Shown in pieces: positions 38,454 through 52,654 of a stretch of 64,000 nt of DNA. This DNA comes from Octopus sinensis. Taxonomy: Eukaryota. The stretch lies in the NCBI RefSeq assembly GCF_006345805.1, contig NW_021833460.1:1-64000 (forward strand), read 5' to 3'. Each line of letters starts with the position of its first letter. The stretch's first letter is position 1. The position numbers were made by a program, and so were the translations under genes. Below the pieces are notes generated by a model. The model made no database searches. It was not told the origin of the DNA and saw nothing but the letters and a program-made list of their open reading frames with translations.

Positions 38454-38859
38454 TTTTTTCGTCTTCTTCTTCTTCTTCTTCTTGTCCAGATAGTTTCAGG
38501 TTGGTGGTATTGAACTCAATGCTCTGATGACAGCAGGAACAACCTTTATTTTTGACTCTCGTAACAACCACAGCCTGGTAATCTCCCTTTTCAAGTTTCC
38601 TTTGGGTACGCTTGTTTGTCCCTCCTAAAGACTACTAAATCCGGTCTTTAAGAGGGACAAGCAGGAAAGCGTATTATTCCTGTGCCGTCAGCCAGAGAAG
38701 TAACACTTGACCTCAGCTCCGCATTCTTTTTTCGAGAATTTTTAGTTTTCTCCAGAATATAACTGCTTTCCTGTTATTTTCCTACACCCGTCAAATTTAC
38801 TAGACTCGTGCCTAAATTAAAACTAATTACTTGAAGTAAAGCTAAATTTATTTATAGCA

Positions 38860-38862
38860 ATA

Positions 38863-38907
<45 letters not shown>

Positions 38908-38938
38908 CAGCAGCAGCAGCAACAGAAGCAGCAGCAGC

Positions 38939-39010
<72 letters not shown>

Positions 39011-39080
39011 TAAAATGTTTGTGCTGTTCCTCTCAGCGTGTTGGCGGTGGTTGTATTTTAAAGAGAAATAATGCTGGTGC

Positions 39081-39116
<36 letters not shown>

Positions 39117-39265
39117 AGTAGTAGTAGTAGTAGTAGTAGGAATAGTATTCGTAGAAGGAGGAGAGGTGGATGGAAGGAACAGCACTAAATGATGTTGGGA
39201 AAGTATGAAGTATGAAGACGCGTCTGCCCTCCCACCATCACCCTTCGCTTTACCACATCAATGCC

Positions 39266-39296
<31 letters not shown>

Positions 39297-39580
39297 GCAA
39301 CAACATCATCATCATCATCACTACTACCACTAACACCAGCATCACCACCACCAACATCACCAGCATGATCACCAGCAATAGCATCATCACCACCACCACC
39401 AACAGCAGCAACATCATCACCACTACCACCAACACTAGCATCACCACCACCATTACCATCAGTATCACCAACCTTATCACCACCACCCGTCACCACCACC
39501 ACCACCACCACCACACCATCACCACCACTACCAGCATCATCACCACAACTACCACCCTCCTCATCACCCCTCCTTAGCAC
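38860..39580. repeat. (GTA)n/(GCA)n tract, short core, then (CAC)/(CAT)/(AAC) tract
   Basis: Read directly. Confidence 0.9.
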
Positions 39581-39934
39581 AGTAGACGCAGCAAGTAACA
39601 TATGAGTATATATATTAATGCTAATTACCAAGTGTCAATGGATCAGATGGTAGAAGTGGTGAAATGAATATTAATTGATGAATGCTTGTAAATAATAAAT
39701 AATTATGATGTGAGACAGACACAACTAATGCATCAATATTTACTGGGGTATTCATTCTGCATCTGCCGAAAAAATATTTAAATACGTGTCTATGTGTGCA
39801 AGTGCGTGCGTGTCCAGGTGTGTATCTGAATGAGTTTGTGTGCATATATATATATATATATGTATGCATGCACATGATATATACATATAAATATATATAT
39901 AAATATATATATATACATATATATACACATACAC

Positions 39935-40045
39935 ACGAGGGGGTGTATGAAAAGTCTTAAATCTCAAAAAAGACAAGGCTTTTGTACAAGACTTGTGAGG
40001 AAAGTGTAAGACTTCAAGGCTCAAAACTTTTTATACACCCCTCGT
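39935..40045. mobile_element. Mariner-type MITE (~110 bp)
   Basis: Terminal inverted repeats ACGAGGGGGTGTATGAAAAGT and ACTTTTTATACACCCCTCGT. Confidence 0.75.
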
Positions 40046-40169
40046 TTACGCACACACACACACACACACGCACACACATGTACACACACACACGTACGCA
40101 CACACAGACACACGCACACACAGACACAGACACAAACATATATATATATATATATGTAAAACTTTAAAC

Positions 40170-40325
40170 TTTTATTTGTTTTAAGTCGAACAATTCGACC
40201 CCGGGACTTATCATTTTCAAAGCCGGTGTTTATTCTGTTGGTTATTTTTGCTGAACTGCTAAGTTACGGGAATGTAAACACACCAACGACAGTTATGACC
40301 ATTAGTGGAGGACAAACACAAATAT
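40170..40325 (-). mobile_element. SINE-A 3' half
   Basis: TCGACCCCGGGACTTAT...CTGCTAAGTTACGGGAATGTAAACACACC...GGACAAACACA matches 11930-12065. Confidence 0.65.
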
Positions 40326-40347
40326 AGACACACTCATAAATACACAA

Positions 40348-40394
<47 letters not shown>

Positions 40395-41324
40395 TGTACT
40401 TACATACAAGGCCAAAGAGGGTACGGGGCCGCTATATATATTATTATATGTAGAAAAATACAAACTGGGACACGAACGTAAGACATTTAGGAGACGATAC
40501 CAAAAAACACGGACGGGCCATTCGAAACCTTCAATCTTCAGTCAAGAACCGGATCATCCTCGCAATTTCGGCTGATTAATCTTGAGATCGCTCCGATCCG
40601 GCCAACCCCAAGGAAAAACTAAGCTACGAGCATTAGATTTCTTGGAAAAAGGATCGAATTTATACGAAACAAGGACAGAAAAACGGACGATGCCACACGA
40701 ATATAAATACAAAAAACAATAATAGTAATTACAGGACAAAAACAGCGGGTGTCTTACGACTATAGACAGTACAACTTAGTTTAGCTGGCGTATTTGGAAA
40801 AAAATGCCTTTATCGGCAGACGAAGAAAACAATGTTCTCATGGTGCTGGTCAGAAACCGAAAGGCTGGTTGACCAGCGGTCACGTGAGAGGAGAAGAGAG
40901 AGTAAAAATGGGGGCAAAGGAATCAAAGAGGGAGAGAAAAAGAGGGGCGAAGGCACCAAAGGGGGGAGAAGAGAGAGAAAGAAGGAATTAAAGAGTGGAG
41001 AAGAAAGAGAGCATGCCAAGGATTGGCTTGGCGACAGTGAGGTGCAAAGTGAGAAAGACAGAGAAATGTGAGAGAGTGGGGGAAGAGGAGACCAAAGAAT
41101 TAGAGGCAAGAAAAGAGAAAAGGAGGAGAAGTAGAGAGAGAGAGAGAGAGAAAGAGACAGATCAAAGTAGAGTGCAAAGTGTGAAAGGCAGAGAAATGTA
41201 GGAGAGAGAGACAGTGTTATAGAGTTGTACCAAATTTAAAGAAATATGTACTTACATACAAGGCCAAAGAGGGTACGGGCACCGCTATATAAATATATAT
41301 ATATATATGCGTATATATGACCAA

Positions 41325-41465
41325 TTTCTTTCTACGAAATCCACTTGCAACGCCTCGGTCAGCCCGAAGCTATTGTAGAAGACACTTGCCCAATGTACCT
41401 TGCTGTGGGACTGAACCCGGAATTATGTGGGTGGGAAACAAACTTCTTCCCATGCAGCCACGCCT
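41325..41465 (-). mobile_element. SINE-A 5' half (a further fragment lies at ~41690-41850)
   Basis: AAATCCAC...GAAGACACTTGCCC...GGGACTGAACCCGGAA matches the SINE-A head. Confidence 0.65.
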
Positions 41466-41595
41466 ATACTTACACAGAAGTGTGACGAAAGGATTCTCAT
41501 CGAAGTACAATTCTCAACGAAGTACAATTAATATGAAATAATCTGACGCAGGTGAACACATTGGCTAAATTGGCAACATGACTATCCTTAAATAC

Positions 41596-41653
<58 letters not shown>

Positions 41654-41873
41654 ATAAAGTAAAAAGTAAAATATAAAGAGTCAAAGGAAGAGCAAGAGAC
41701 GGTGGGTGGACAAACACAGATACACAAATATATACATACATGCACACACACACACACGTATATTCTACGACCTATTGGATAAGACACTTGCCAAGTTGGG
41801 ACAAAACCCAAAACCATGTGGTTGAGAGGCAAGTTTTTACCACACAGCCACTCCAAATGCATGCATACATACA

Positions 41874-41904
<31 letters not shown>

Positions 41905-42293
41905 CATGATATGCGGTGGTAGATATATGGTAGCATAACAGAAAGATACAGAGCGAAGCAAAGCAGTCGAACATGAAATATACATATTTAAATAGCAACA
42001 GATTTAAGTTAACACCATATCAGAGTGATTTAGTGTACGAAAGAGAAGTTAAGCATACTTGCACACAGAGCGTACCTACACATGTATCTTCATATACACA
42101 TACACACACAGACACACGCACACACACACACACACACACTCACAGACACACACACACACACACACAGATGTAGTCTTAGTTGCCGACAAGGATATTAACG
42201 TAAGCGTTTGAACAAATATGCGCATTAATTTGTAGACACAAATTTATGACGACATACGTATGGCTATACATGCATGTCTCCATGTACATATAT

Positions 42294-42376
<83 letters not shown>

Positions 42377-42534
42377 AGTATGTATGTATGTATATATGCA
42401 TATACCATATATATTTATGTATACATATTTACACATACATATACATATACATATACACATATATATATATATATATTATATATATATATATATATATATG
42501 CGTGTGTGTGTGTGTGTGTGTATACACATGTATG

Positions 42535-42571
<37 letters not shown>

Positions 42572-42707
42572 GCGCGCACATACGCACGCAACTGCACACA
42601 TAACTGCATTCATGAATACATGGACAATTGTGTGTGCAGGCATTTAATTAAACATATACCCGTATAACATTCATAAATATGCACACATGTTCATTAACAT
42701 ACACACG

Positions 42708-42738
<31 letters not shown>

Positions 42739-42924
42739 TTATTGCTTTCTGTCTCTTTTTATGGGTCTAGTATTCTCGCATGTCGTATAAATACACACAC
42801 ACACGTACATACATACGCACATTTATGTAAATGTGTAGACATGCACATTAATTCATTAGTCAATATGCACTGTTCCTTTCTGTCACTATTTCTGTGTCTA
42901 GCATGCTTCCGTATAACATACACA

Positions 42925-42959
<35 letters not shown>

Positions 42960-42983
42960 CACAAAAACACTCACACACATGTC

Positions 42984-43047
<64 letters not shown>

Positions 43048-43068
43048 GAGAGAGAGAGAGAAATAGAG

Positions 43069-43150
<82 letters not shown>

Positions 43151-43397
43151 GTAAATAGATGCATCTACACAAGCTCATACACACACACGTATATATATGT
43201 AACCATCCGAGGGGGGAATTGTGATGATAATGTAGTTTAGCAGAATAATTCGAATAATATCGGTAATATTTGTTTAATATTTTGATTAAGAAGGGTTTGG
43301 GCAGAAATAGTGCTGACAATCAACAATAATATAAAGCATTATTTATAATAACGACATTGTTATTAACTACACCAGAGAAAGCAATGAAATAAACGAA

Positions 43398-43530
43398 AAA
43401 GAAGAAGAAGAAGAAGAAGAAGAAGAAGAAGAAGAAGAAGAAGAAGAAGAAGAAGAAGAAGAAGAAGAAGAAGAAGAAGAAGAAGAAGAAGAAGATGAAG
43501 AAGAAGGTGATGAAGGAGAAGGAGAAGAAG
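43398..43530 (+). repeat. (GAA)n microsatellite
   Basis: Read directly; an opposite-strand (TTC)n lies at ~44545-44592. Confidence 0.95.
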
Positions 43531-44869
43531 AGAACAGCGGTGACATTAATTTTGTTTTATGCATAATAAAATATCGCTGACAATCGGAATTCAACGAAAT
43601 TCAGTTCTTACTTAATTCTCTGTAATTTGGTAGGAAATAAATGATATAAAATAACAATAAATATACAAAGATAATATAAATATACATTAAACAACAGAAT
43701 ATAATGCAGTCGAAGAATACGAAAACAAAATAATACAACTAGAAGAACAATAACAATAATAATAATTAAAATTATAAGAACAACAAGAACAAGCATATTG
43801 ATGACAAATTGTTGTACATAATTTTAAAGAATTGTCCATGGTTGTCAAAAACTTTGGAAAAAAATGTTTTCGTGGCAATATTTCTTGTTTTTGTCGTGTC
43901 TTCTTGACTAATGCTGACTTGTGTTAAAGATTAAGTGAGTAGCTATAACTTTTCTTTTACTCACCGGCGTAAATTCTGGGTAAATTTGTCTCTATTTAAT
44001 TATTTGTTTGTTAACTTAGAATCGAGAATTGTTTTGTTTTTTTTGTTTTTTCTTGTGATTTTCTTATTTTGAAGAAGGAATGTGTGCAGTCGTGTACGTC
44101 TATCTGCAATTCGTTTTGTGTTAGTTGTGTGAAAGATTATCTCTTCCTGTCTTTATGGCGTTTGGAGGAATAATCAAATGTCGAGACGGAGTGTGCTAAA
44201 ATTAACCATAATTTATTCTTCTATTCTCTGCTAACATATTACAAGTTTTGTACGGTGCAGTTCTTATTGTTATTTAACTCCGTACCAAATATAATCAACG
44301 GCGTTCCAGCTATGACCATCCAGTCTATATCTTTTTAGGCATCATGCATCTACTATCACACTATCAATGAATCGCCCCAGCTTTTCTTTTGTATTTTGTT
44401 TTTGTAATTTTATTTTGAAGATTATATGCACGGTTTAAGCATGAATTGGCTGCTTTATTTTATCATAAATCGAATGAGAGAATCTGAGTAGGTTTGCACG
44501 TATGTTGTTGTTGTTGGTGGTAGTGGTGGTGTTGCTGCTGTTGTTTTCTTCTTCTTCTTCTTCTTCTTCTTCTTCTTCTTCTTCTTCTTCTTCCGATCAG
44601 GACTCACGCTATTAGCCACAAAGAATAATCTCTAATTCGAGCCTACTCTAAGCTACTAAGAATGCGTATGGCAACTTGAAGATCCACCCACCACACGCGA
44701 TAGACTGGTGGTTGCACGGGCGCGAAAGCTACGTTGTTATCCTCATTCCGCAAACGGTGGCTTTTAACGGGTGGAGATCTGAACCATCATGGGGTACAGG
44801 GGATCCGCAATCTAGACTAGTGTCTGAAAGTTTACCACACCATAGTGGGTTACATCATGGTTCCTCTGC

Positions 44870-45070
44870 TTTGTGGCAGAAGTAGGAAGAAAGAGTGAAA
44901 GAAAGTTGTGGTGAAAGAGTACAGCGGGGTTGAGAGCAAATAATATAAATTTTGTCCTATTGTAAAAAAGTTTTTGCTCAGTAAACATTGACAATGCCCG
45001 GTCTGGGAATCGAAACCGCGTTCTCACGACCGCAAGTCCGCTGCCCTAACCACTGGGCCATTGCGCCTCC
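44870..45070 (-). mobile_element. SINE family B
   Basis: Minus strand GGAGGCGCAATGGCCCAGTGGTTAGGGCAGCGGACTTGCGGTCGTG...GGTTTCGATTCCCAGACCGGGC has clear A and B boxes. Confidence 0.85.
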
Positions 45071-46194
45071 ACTGCTGCTGTTGTTTTTGTTGTGGTGATT
45101 GATTAGTACTTTTATACTAATTCTGTCTACACTTTCTGCTATTTTCCATGGAATCGTTTCTCACCTTAAAAAAGAGGAAAAGTGGATAAGTCACTTTGGA
45201 ATATTTGCGATCATAGGTCTGCTTAAACAGAACAGATCTGAGTGTAAACAAAAACATTAATAACAACAATGACAACTTCAATGACATTACATTATCCAAC
45301 ATACAAACTGCCATTTTCAACGATAGAACAATAAGATTGATTTTGTGATCCCTTGTGATGAGGAAATTAGTATATATATGGAGCTGGGGTAGACATGACT
45401 CCCATATTTGCATCAGTCTATTGACAGCATTCGAATTTAACTTGTTATTCTTCGAAAGATGCGAAAATCGGGTGATCATATCGAAAAAAAATACGTAGCT
45501 GTTGACAGTCGAGGATTGAAACAGCATTCAAACTCCACGCTAACGATTGCCTATCTCTTGCCTGATAGCGCCTGCTGTAACATTATTAAAAGAAATTTCA
45601 ACTTTTTCACACTGCCGTAACAGTAACTTCTAAGAAAGCACTGGTAGTTTGCGTCGTAAAGATATTAACTACAAATTGTAGCTAAATTGTAAGTGACAAA
45701 GAGATTTGTCCGAAACGTTAAGCAAGTATATCACCTTAGGTGTCCACAATGTAATACGTCAGACCTGCTTAATCCGGAGTCATCTGGAACTAAATAGCAG
45801 CAACAGAACTACGTATAAATTATATTTTTAAGACTGTAGTATGTATGATCTTGAGCGTGGTGGTGGGGATTTGGCCGTATTGATCGGGAGTCGATCGATT
45901 ATGAGAAAGTCCTCTCTCCTTGAAGTGCTGCATACGTTGCCTAGAGGCTACTCCATAACGTACCTAATGAGGAATGGTACTTCACTATACGTTGCACATC
46001 CTAAGTCTCTACGATCCTAAGTCTCTCAATCCTAAGTTTCTACGCAATATTTAGAATCATGACTAACAGGAATCTCTGTCTGTAATTTAATGCATCTAAA
46101 ACTCTCAGTTGTTACTTTGAAATTAAATATTGAGATTACAGCAAAATCCCAGCGCCCGAGAACTAATGCTCTTACACATAGTAAGGTCACACAA

Positions 46195-46565
46195 ACAGGC
46201 GTGGTTGTGTGGTAAGAAGCTTGTTTCCCGACCACAAAATTCCGAGCTCAGTCCCACTTTGTGGCACCTTCGGCAAATGTATTATACTATGAGTGGTTTT
46301 GGTTGACGGAAACTGAAAGAAGCCTGTCATACATGTGTATGAGTATGTGTGTGAATGTGTGTGTGTGTGTGTGTCCCGGAGCACGCGGGTGTATGTCTGT
46401 TTGACAACCGGTGATGGTGAGTTTACTTTTCAGTGACAGAGTAGTTCGTCAAAAGACACCGATAGAGTAAGTACCAGGCTTAAAAAATAATAAATCTCGA
46501 CTAAAAGTTCTTCATGGCAGTGCCCCAACATGGCCACAATCTTATAACTGAAACAAGTGAAAGAT
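46195..46565 (+). mobile_element. SINE-A, near full length
   Basis: GCGTGGTTGTGTGGTAAGAAGCTTG head, internal (TG)n, tail GTGCCCCAACATGGCCACA...GAAACAAGTGAAAG. Confidence 0.8.
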
Positions 46566-47399
46566 TCACCCATACGCTCATATGCACCATCTCACACAAG
46601 CATTTATCATCCGTGTTTATAGTCCTTTCTAGCGTTGACTATTAAAAGAAATCTCGCCTATCATCGACTAAAACCTATTATAATATCCCGTAATATTATG
46701 TCTGAAATTCCGGTTTGTTGTGACATTAAGTTGAATTCCTTTCGAACGAGCATTCTTCAGAAAGTTCGATTTCACTCCAACAGAGAATTGACAACAGTAG
46801 AAGAAATGGAGCGGAAGTAATATACCACCATATATATAACAAAATCTCAATGATACTGACTCAGCATCTAGATTATTCTAGGAAAACGGAAAGAAAGAAA
46901 GAAAGAAGAAGGGGAAGATTACGAAGTTGTATACACATGTGGTAGGCCATTGTTGTCTCTGGTTATGACGAAAACGATAAGACCGATTCATCAATCTGCC
47001 GAAGGATGATCCGTAAGGAGGAGGAATGGCAGCAGCCGTAGTTTTAGTGGCGGCAGTGGTGGCAGCGGAAGATGTGATGAAGGGTGGTATATTTTGGTAG
47101 TTGTATGGCGAGGGAGGACGGTTGAGAGGATTTCTTAATCATAAAATATAACGTAAGGACCCAGAGCCTGTGATAGTTTAATGCTTTCTCATAAACCAAT
47201 GGACTGGCTTGTAAAGAGGAAGTAATTAAAAATCTCCAGGTCGTTAACCCAAGACTGGACAGTATGACTAAACACCTAGTAGTTAAAATGATGTATGTGC
47301 GCGCGCACAAAACACACAACACACACACACACACACCACACACACACACGTATGCATATTCATACTGGAATATAGGCATGCAAGTATGTATATGTAATA

Positions 47400-47430
<31 letters not shown>

Positions 47431-47514
47431 GACACACACACACACATATATATATATACATACATATATTCATAGACACGTATGTATACACACATGTAAA
47501 TATATATGTACATG

Positions 47515-47695
47515 TCTTTTATCTATTTTCTGGTTACTTGCTTCATTCATTAGATTGTGGCCATGCTGGAGCGCCACGTGGAGGAATCTTTAGCCGAATG
47601 AATCGACCTCTGTACGCATCAATATTTTTCTTCCTTCTTGCAAAGCCTGGACATTATTCTATCTGTCTCTTTCGCCGAAGGACGTAAACATGATG
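47515..47695 (-). mobile_element. SINE-A tail fragment
   Basis: TGTGGCCATGCTGGAGCGCC...AATCGACC...GACGTAAACA. Confidence 0.6.
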
Positions 47696-48603
47696 TCTCT
47701 TGTTTTTGTGTTTCTCCCTCTGTTTTGCCAGAGGTTTCGCTCTCCGAGTGTCCGATTCCTAATTTCACCTGCTTCTGTCTCTTTCTCGGTAAATATTTCG
47801 TAAAGGACCCGTTCGCACTTATGTGTGAAATAATTTTTTCCACAGGTTTCTTTTAAGTACTTTCAACGTGTTTCACCTCTAAACCCACAGGAACCACTTT
47901 CTTCAGAAACAGAAATGGGGAAGGGTGGTGGGAACCTCAGAGTTTGCTACCAACGGAGTTTTGAATCGCTGGATTTTTTTTCTTTTCCAGGTTATTTTGC
48001 ATTCTTTCAAAGAATGTGACATCGAAATCTCTTGTAAACTGCACTTTTCCCCAGAAAAGAAAATATTTGGCTGCTATTTCTAACACGCCATGATACCACG
48101 AAATATATAAGGTTTTCAAATTTGGGCACAAGGCTTGCAATTTCGGAGGAAGGATAAATCGATTACATCGACCCCAGTATATAACTGATACATATTTTAT
48201 CAACCCCGAAAAGGAATTTGAGCTCAGAGCATAAACCTGGAAAAATGCCGCGTAGTACTTTGTCCAGCGTGCTAACGATTTACCCAACACACCACTATAT
48301 ATAAGGTTATAAATAGCATTATTTTGCTATTTTTTTCACAATATGTCACACAATGGGACCAAGCATGAAGCCACGTAGTTTCAATGAGAGCTCCTTGTCC
48401 ACTCAACGGTGACTGTGCAGCTCACTTAAGTTTAACAAGGGGGGAAAAAACAAGTTGGAGCATGTTTCCTCTGCACTCTTTCTGCATAAATTTGCATATA
48501 TATGGAGCAATTTTCGCATTAGATACAATTTGTTCTCCCTTGGTATTCAACAGACGGAAATGGCACACCGTAACAGAAATACATAGGAAGGAAATGGCAG
48601 TAA

Positions 48604-48757
48604 GAACATTATTTACGTTATTTACAATTGACGGATACTTGTCCTTAAATTGTTTGTTGTTAACACAACTTTACGGCTGATATACCCTCCAAGGCTTCAT
48701 TAGCTGTCTTGGGGAAATTTCAAACCAGGGTTCTCATTCGTAAGGTATTTTTCGATA
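48604..48757 (-). repeat. Penelope-terminus-like repeat with a decayed hammerhead
   Basis: Minus strand CTAATGA-AGCC...CAGCC-GTAAAG, i.e. the CUGAUGA and GAAA core motifs are each mutated. Shares the ACATTATTT/TGACGGATA segment with 9635-9710. Confidence 0.5.
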
Positions 48758-48775
48758 TTATTATTATTATTATTA

Positions 48776-48844
<69 letters not shown>

Positions 48845-49066
48845 TGTTATATTTCGGAATGGTCATATTGCCAGTTTAGCCAATAAAAACACACGCACTA
48901 TATATTTGGTGTTATTTTGCTTCAGTGTTTTTATTTCTTACATTAATCTTAATCTTATTTCGGCCAGAGTTCTTTCGTTACACTCCTGTGACCGCATCAG
49001 TGGTCCTTTGTTTTCTTCTTTCTTATTTGTGTCTCTCCTTACTAACCGTCATCCATTTTGTATTTC

Positions 49067-49162
<96 letters not shown>

Positions 49163-49163
<1 letters not shown>

Positions 49164-49605
49164 AATGAGAGAGCAGTGCATGCCATCAAATTGACACTGG
49201 GGTACAAATATACGAAGTCCAGTATACCCATCATGACTACCCATCTGATAAGGGTACACCAGGCACATGCATCACAACCATATGTGCGCGATATGGTGAT
49301 CTCATATCAAGATAAACAGCATATGACCTTGTAGATGGGGCCCAGTTAGAATTTTCTTCTGTTGAAAAGGTCCCCGAATAAGGGTTGTTTAACGATGTTG
49401 AACGTTACACTCATATTTCCAGAGGTGAATTATTCAAACCTCAAAGAATTCCTCTCAACACATGGCTATGATGCTCCCCAAATACTTCTGCTTGTGATCA
49501 GAGATGCACATATCGTCAGGCACTAAGGCACATGCTCAACTGGTTAAGGTCAAACAACTGACAAGCAAATCTGTGCTATTGAGCAGAATATTTGCTGTAG
49601 CCCAT
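49163..49605 (-). mobile_element. Element X copy 5, truncated
   Basis: Colinear with copy 3, between (ATT)/(GTT)n and (ATT)n tracts. Confidence 0.8.
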
Positions 49606-49635
49606 TATCATTATTATTATTATTATTATTATTAA

Positions 49636-49683
<48 letters not shown>

Positions 49684-50038
49684 AGTCACTGCCTGGAATC
49701 GAACTCGGAATTTTGTGGTTAGCAGCCCGCGCTCTTAACCACTACGCAATATGCCAATGTAAATAATGTACATAATTCCTCGTTTCTTAAATACAGAACT
49801 GTATGACAGTAAGAAGCATGAAATCATGACCATGATACGTGAATCAGAATTCCCGATACGGTATGCCATCAGCTCTTCCAGCCGATCCGCGTTATAGAAT
49901 TTCAGCGTCATCATAAAATCGTAGAGTAATTTTGCATTCTACTAGATGCTATCTAAAATTAATATCTACAGGTCAACCCATGTTATCTGTTTTTAAAATC
50001 TCACAGTTCTACAACCTCTGTATAGATTATTATTATTA

Positions 50039-50125
<87 letters not shown>

Positions 50126-50550
50126 ACATCAGCATCATCAACATCATCATATATAAATATTTGCGTCGTGGCCATTTTGGTTTTTTATTTCCCTTTCCTT
50201 CAGACAATCTCCCACTTCTCACGCTCTTGTCCTCCCACTGTGTCTCTATCTGTCTGTCGGCCTGTCTGTCTGTGTCTCTCTATATATGTCTCCCCTCTCT
50301 CCCTCTCTCTCTCTCTCTTTCTAGTTTTATTATTTGTATCACTTTATCTTTCTCTCTCATTCTCTTACTCTTTCTTTCTTTTTCACGTTCACAGCCTTTA
50401 TCTACAGCTGTTTTCTTTTTTTCTTTTACCTTTACTTTTTTTTTACCACTTTGCAACATTCTATTACTATTTGCATATTTATCACTCACCCTCACTCATA
50501 TTCTCTCCCGCCACTCTGTCTGTCTGTCTGTCTCTCTCTCTCTGTATCTT

Positions 50551-50585
<35 letters not shown>

Positions 50586-50954
50586 GTCTCTCTCTCTCTC
50601 TCTTCCTTCCCATCAGTTTTTCGCAAACTCATACACACACATACACGTTCTCTGTCTCTTTCTCTGCTTCATTATCTCTCAAACTCATTCTGGTTCTCTC
50701 TTTCTGCTGTTCTCCTTCAAACTTTCATTTTCGATTTATTACAGTCCATATTTCAACCTAACGGACTCAAATATCTGAAAAACACATTTTCATATTTAAT
50801 TTTTTGCCGAATCGCCAAGAACGTAAATAAGGAAACAGCGGCAGAAAAACAAACGGAAAAAAAACACACATATGTAAGGATGTATGTAAATAAGTAACTT
50901 GTATAAATGTGTATATATATGTGTATGTGTGTGTATGTGTGTGTGTATGTATAT

Positions 50955-51168
50955 ACTCTTTTACTTGTTTCAGTCATTTGACTGTGGCCATGCTTCAGCA
51001 CCGCCTTTAGTCGAGCAAATCGCCCCCAGGACTTATTCTTTCTAAGCCTAGTACTTATTATATCGTTCTCTTTAGCCGAACCGCTACCTTACGTGGACGT
51101 AAACACACTAGCATCGGTTGTCAAGAGATGTTGGGGGGACAAACACAGACACACAAACATATACATAC

Positions 51169-51238
<70 letters not shown>

Positions 51239-51375
51239 GACGGGCTTCTTTCAGTTTCCGTCTACCAAATCCACTCACAAAGCTTTGGTCGGCCCGTGGA
51301 TATAGTAGAAGACATTTGCTCAAGGTGCACGCAGTGGGACTGAACCCGGAACCATGCAGTTCGTAAACAAGCTAC
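50955..51375 (-). mobile_element. SINE-A, near full length
   Basis: Colinear with 11861-12266; internal (TA)n expanded. Confidence 0.85.
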
Positions 51376-52348
51376 GACGCGGTTCTGCATAATTTTCGTC
51401 GCGCAAATTCACTCGCAAGACATTGCTAAACCCGTTGCTATGTAGAAGATGCTTGACAAAGCTGCTGACCCTGAAACCATGCAATTGCTAAGCAAATTTC
51501 TTTAGAACATATATGCGTGCGCCCTCTGCCTTTATATCCAGCTGAGGTTAAGTTTGTCTTATATATTCCTATTATTGATACTATAAAATATCTATCAGGT
51601 CTTGAGGCTACGGCACCTTAACTGCTGCCTGGTATCTTTAAGGTCTTCTGCCTGGTTAAACCTCCTTATGTTCATAACTTGGAAACAAATATAATTTTCT
51701 TTCAAATATATTACCGTTAAATTTTAACGAGCATATAAAAGCTGAATTATGAAGGTCGGCATACGAACCGATCTCCTACGTCTCGTTTTCTAGAATCTTT
51801 TTGAGTCAGCCTTTTGCATTTACTCTCGACCAGTGTGGTGCATAAAGCAACAAATGGGTTGTTATCCAGTCACTAAATCTGGTTCATAAGGCAGGAAAAT
51901 CACCACTTAAATCACATCGTTCATTCTCATAAATTCTAAATACCGTGGAACGCTCTACGTGGCCGATTGGATGCTATAAATAGTAATAAACAACAGCGTG
52001 CAGTAAGGTCCATGATGGCCGTCATCCGAGAAATATAAAGTTCCAGTGGTAGTCCGGGTGTAGTTTAGTGGTAAGCAGCCTATGAGAGCTGACAATGGTT
52101 CTAGAAGTAGGTCGGAATGGAGATAAGCGTCCAGTGAGAGAAAGTTCAGTGGGGGATTAGATCAAACCGGGGTATATCGAAATCTTTCTGAAATCACGCC
52201 TAAAGTCTTGAAAGAACGAATGATATTTTGGATAATCCTGACTTAAAGATTATTACTTTATATCAGTGGTTTTCAACCGGGTTCCATATGGTCCTTAGGG
52301 ATTCCTGTAAGATTTTGTTGTTAAAATATATCTGTATGAAATTTGTTA

Positions 52349-52617
52349 TACAGGGCGTTCAAAAAGTCTCTCCGCAGTAAGTATTTTATTGCAAAATAAA
52401 TATTTATAAGATGGTATAAGACTACAAAAGAATATATTAGACTTTACAAGAATTTAAAAAGCTTTATAAGAGGTGTTGAAAGTGTCGTCCTTCATTTGCA
52501 AGACATGAGTTGACTCTTCTTGCAATGCACTCTTCTACACATGATTTGAGGGACATCTTGGAGAGTCTGATGCGGTATGGATCGTATGAATGCGGATAAA
52601 CTTTTTGAACACCATAT
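52349..52617 (-). mobile_element. Internally deleted Tc1/mariner element
   Basis: TIRs TA-CAGGGCGTTCAAAAAGTCTCTCCGCA and TGCGGATAAACTTTTTGAACACC. The minus strand encodes ...RRVNSCLANEGRHFQHLL*, a typical transposase C-terminus. Confidence 0.75.
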
Positions 52618-52654
52618 CCTTCTATACAAAACATATTTTAATTTTTTAATAGGC

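Noticed and set aside
44990-45070. tRNA-like sequences with A and B boxes (also ~370-435, ~22670-22740, ~49685-49750)
   Set aside because: They continue into SINE bodies and I could not fold a complete cloverleaf, so they are SINE heads and not tRNA genes.
48950-49005. Minus-strand CTGATGC-GGTCA...TGGCC-GAAA hammerhead-like motif
   Set aside because: The conserved A9 is C and stem I does not form; at most a relic.
51960-51985. ATTGG (CCAAT box) next to TATAAATA
   Set aside because: The spacing of ~4 nt is wrong for a functional pair, and such motifs are frequent by chance in AT-rich DNA.
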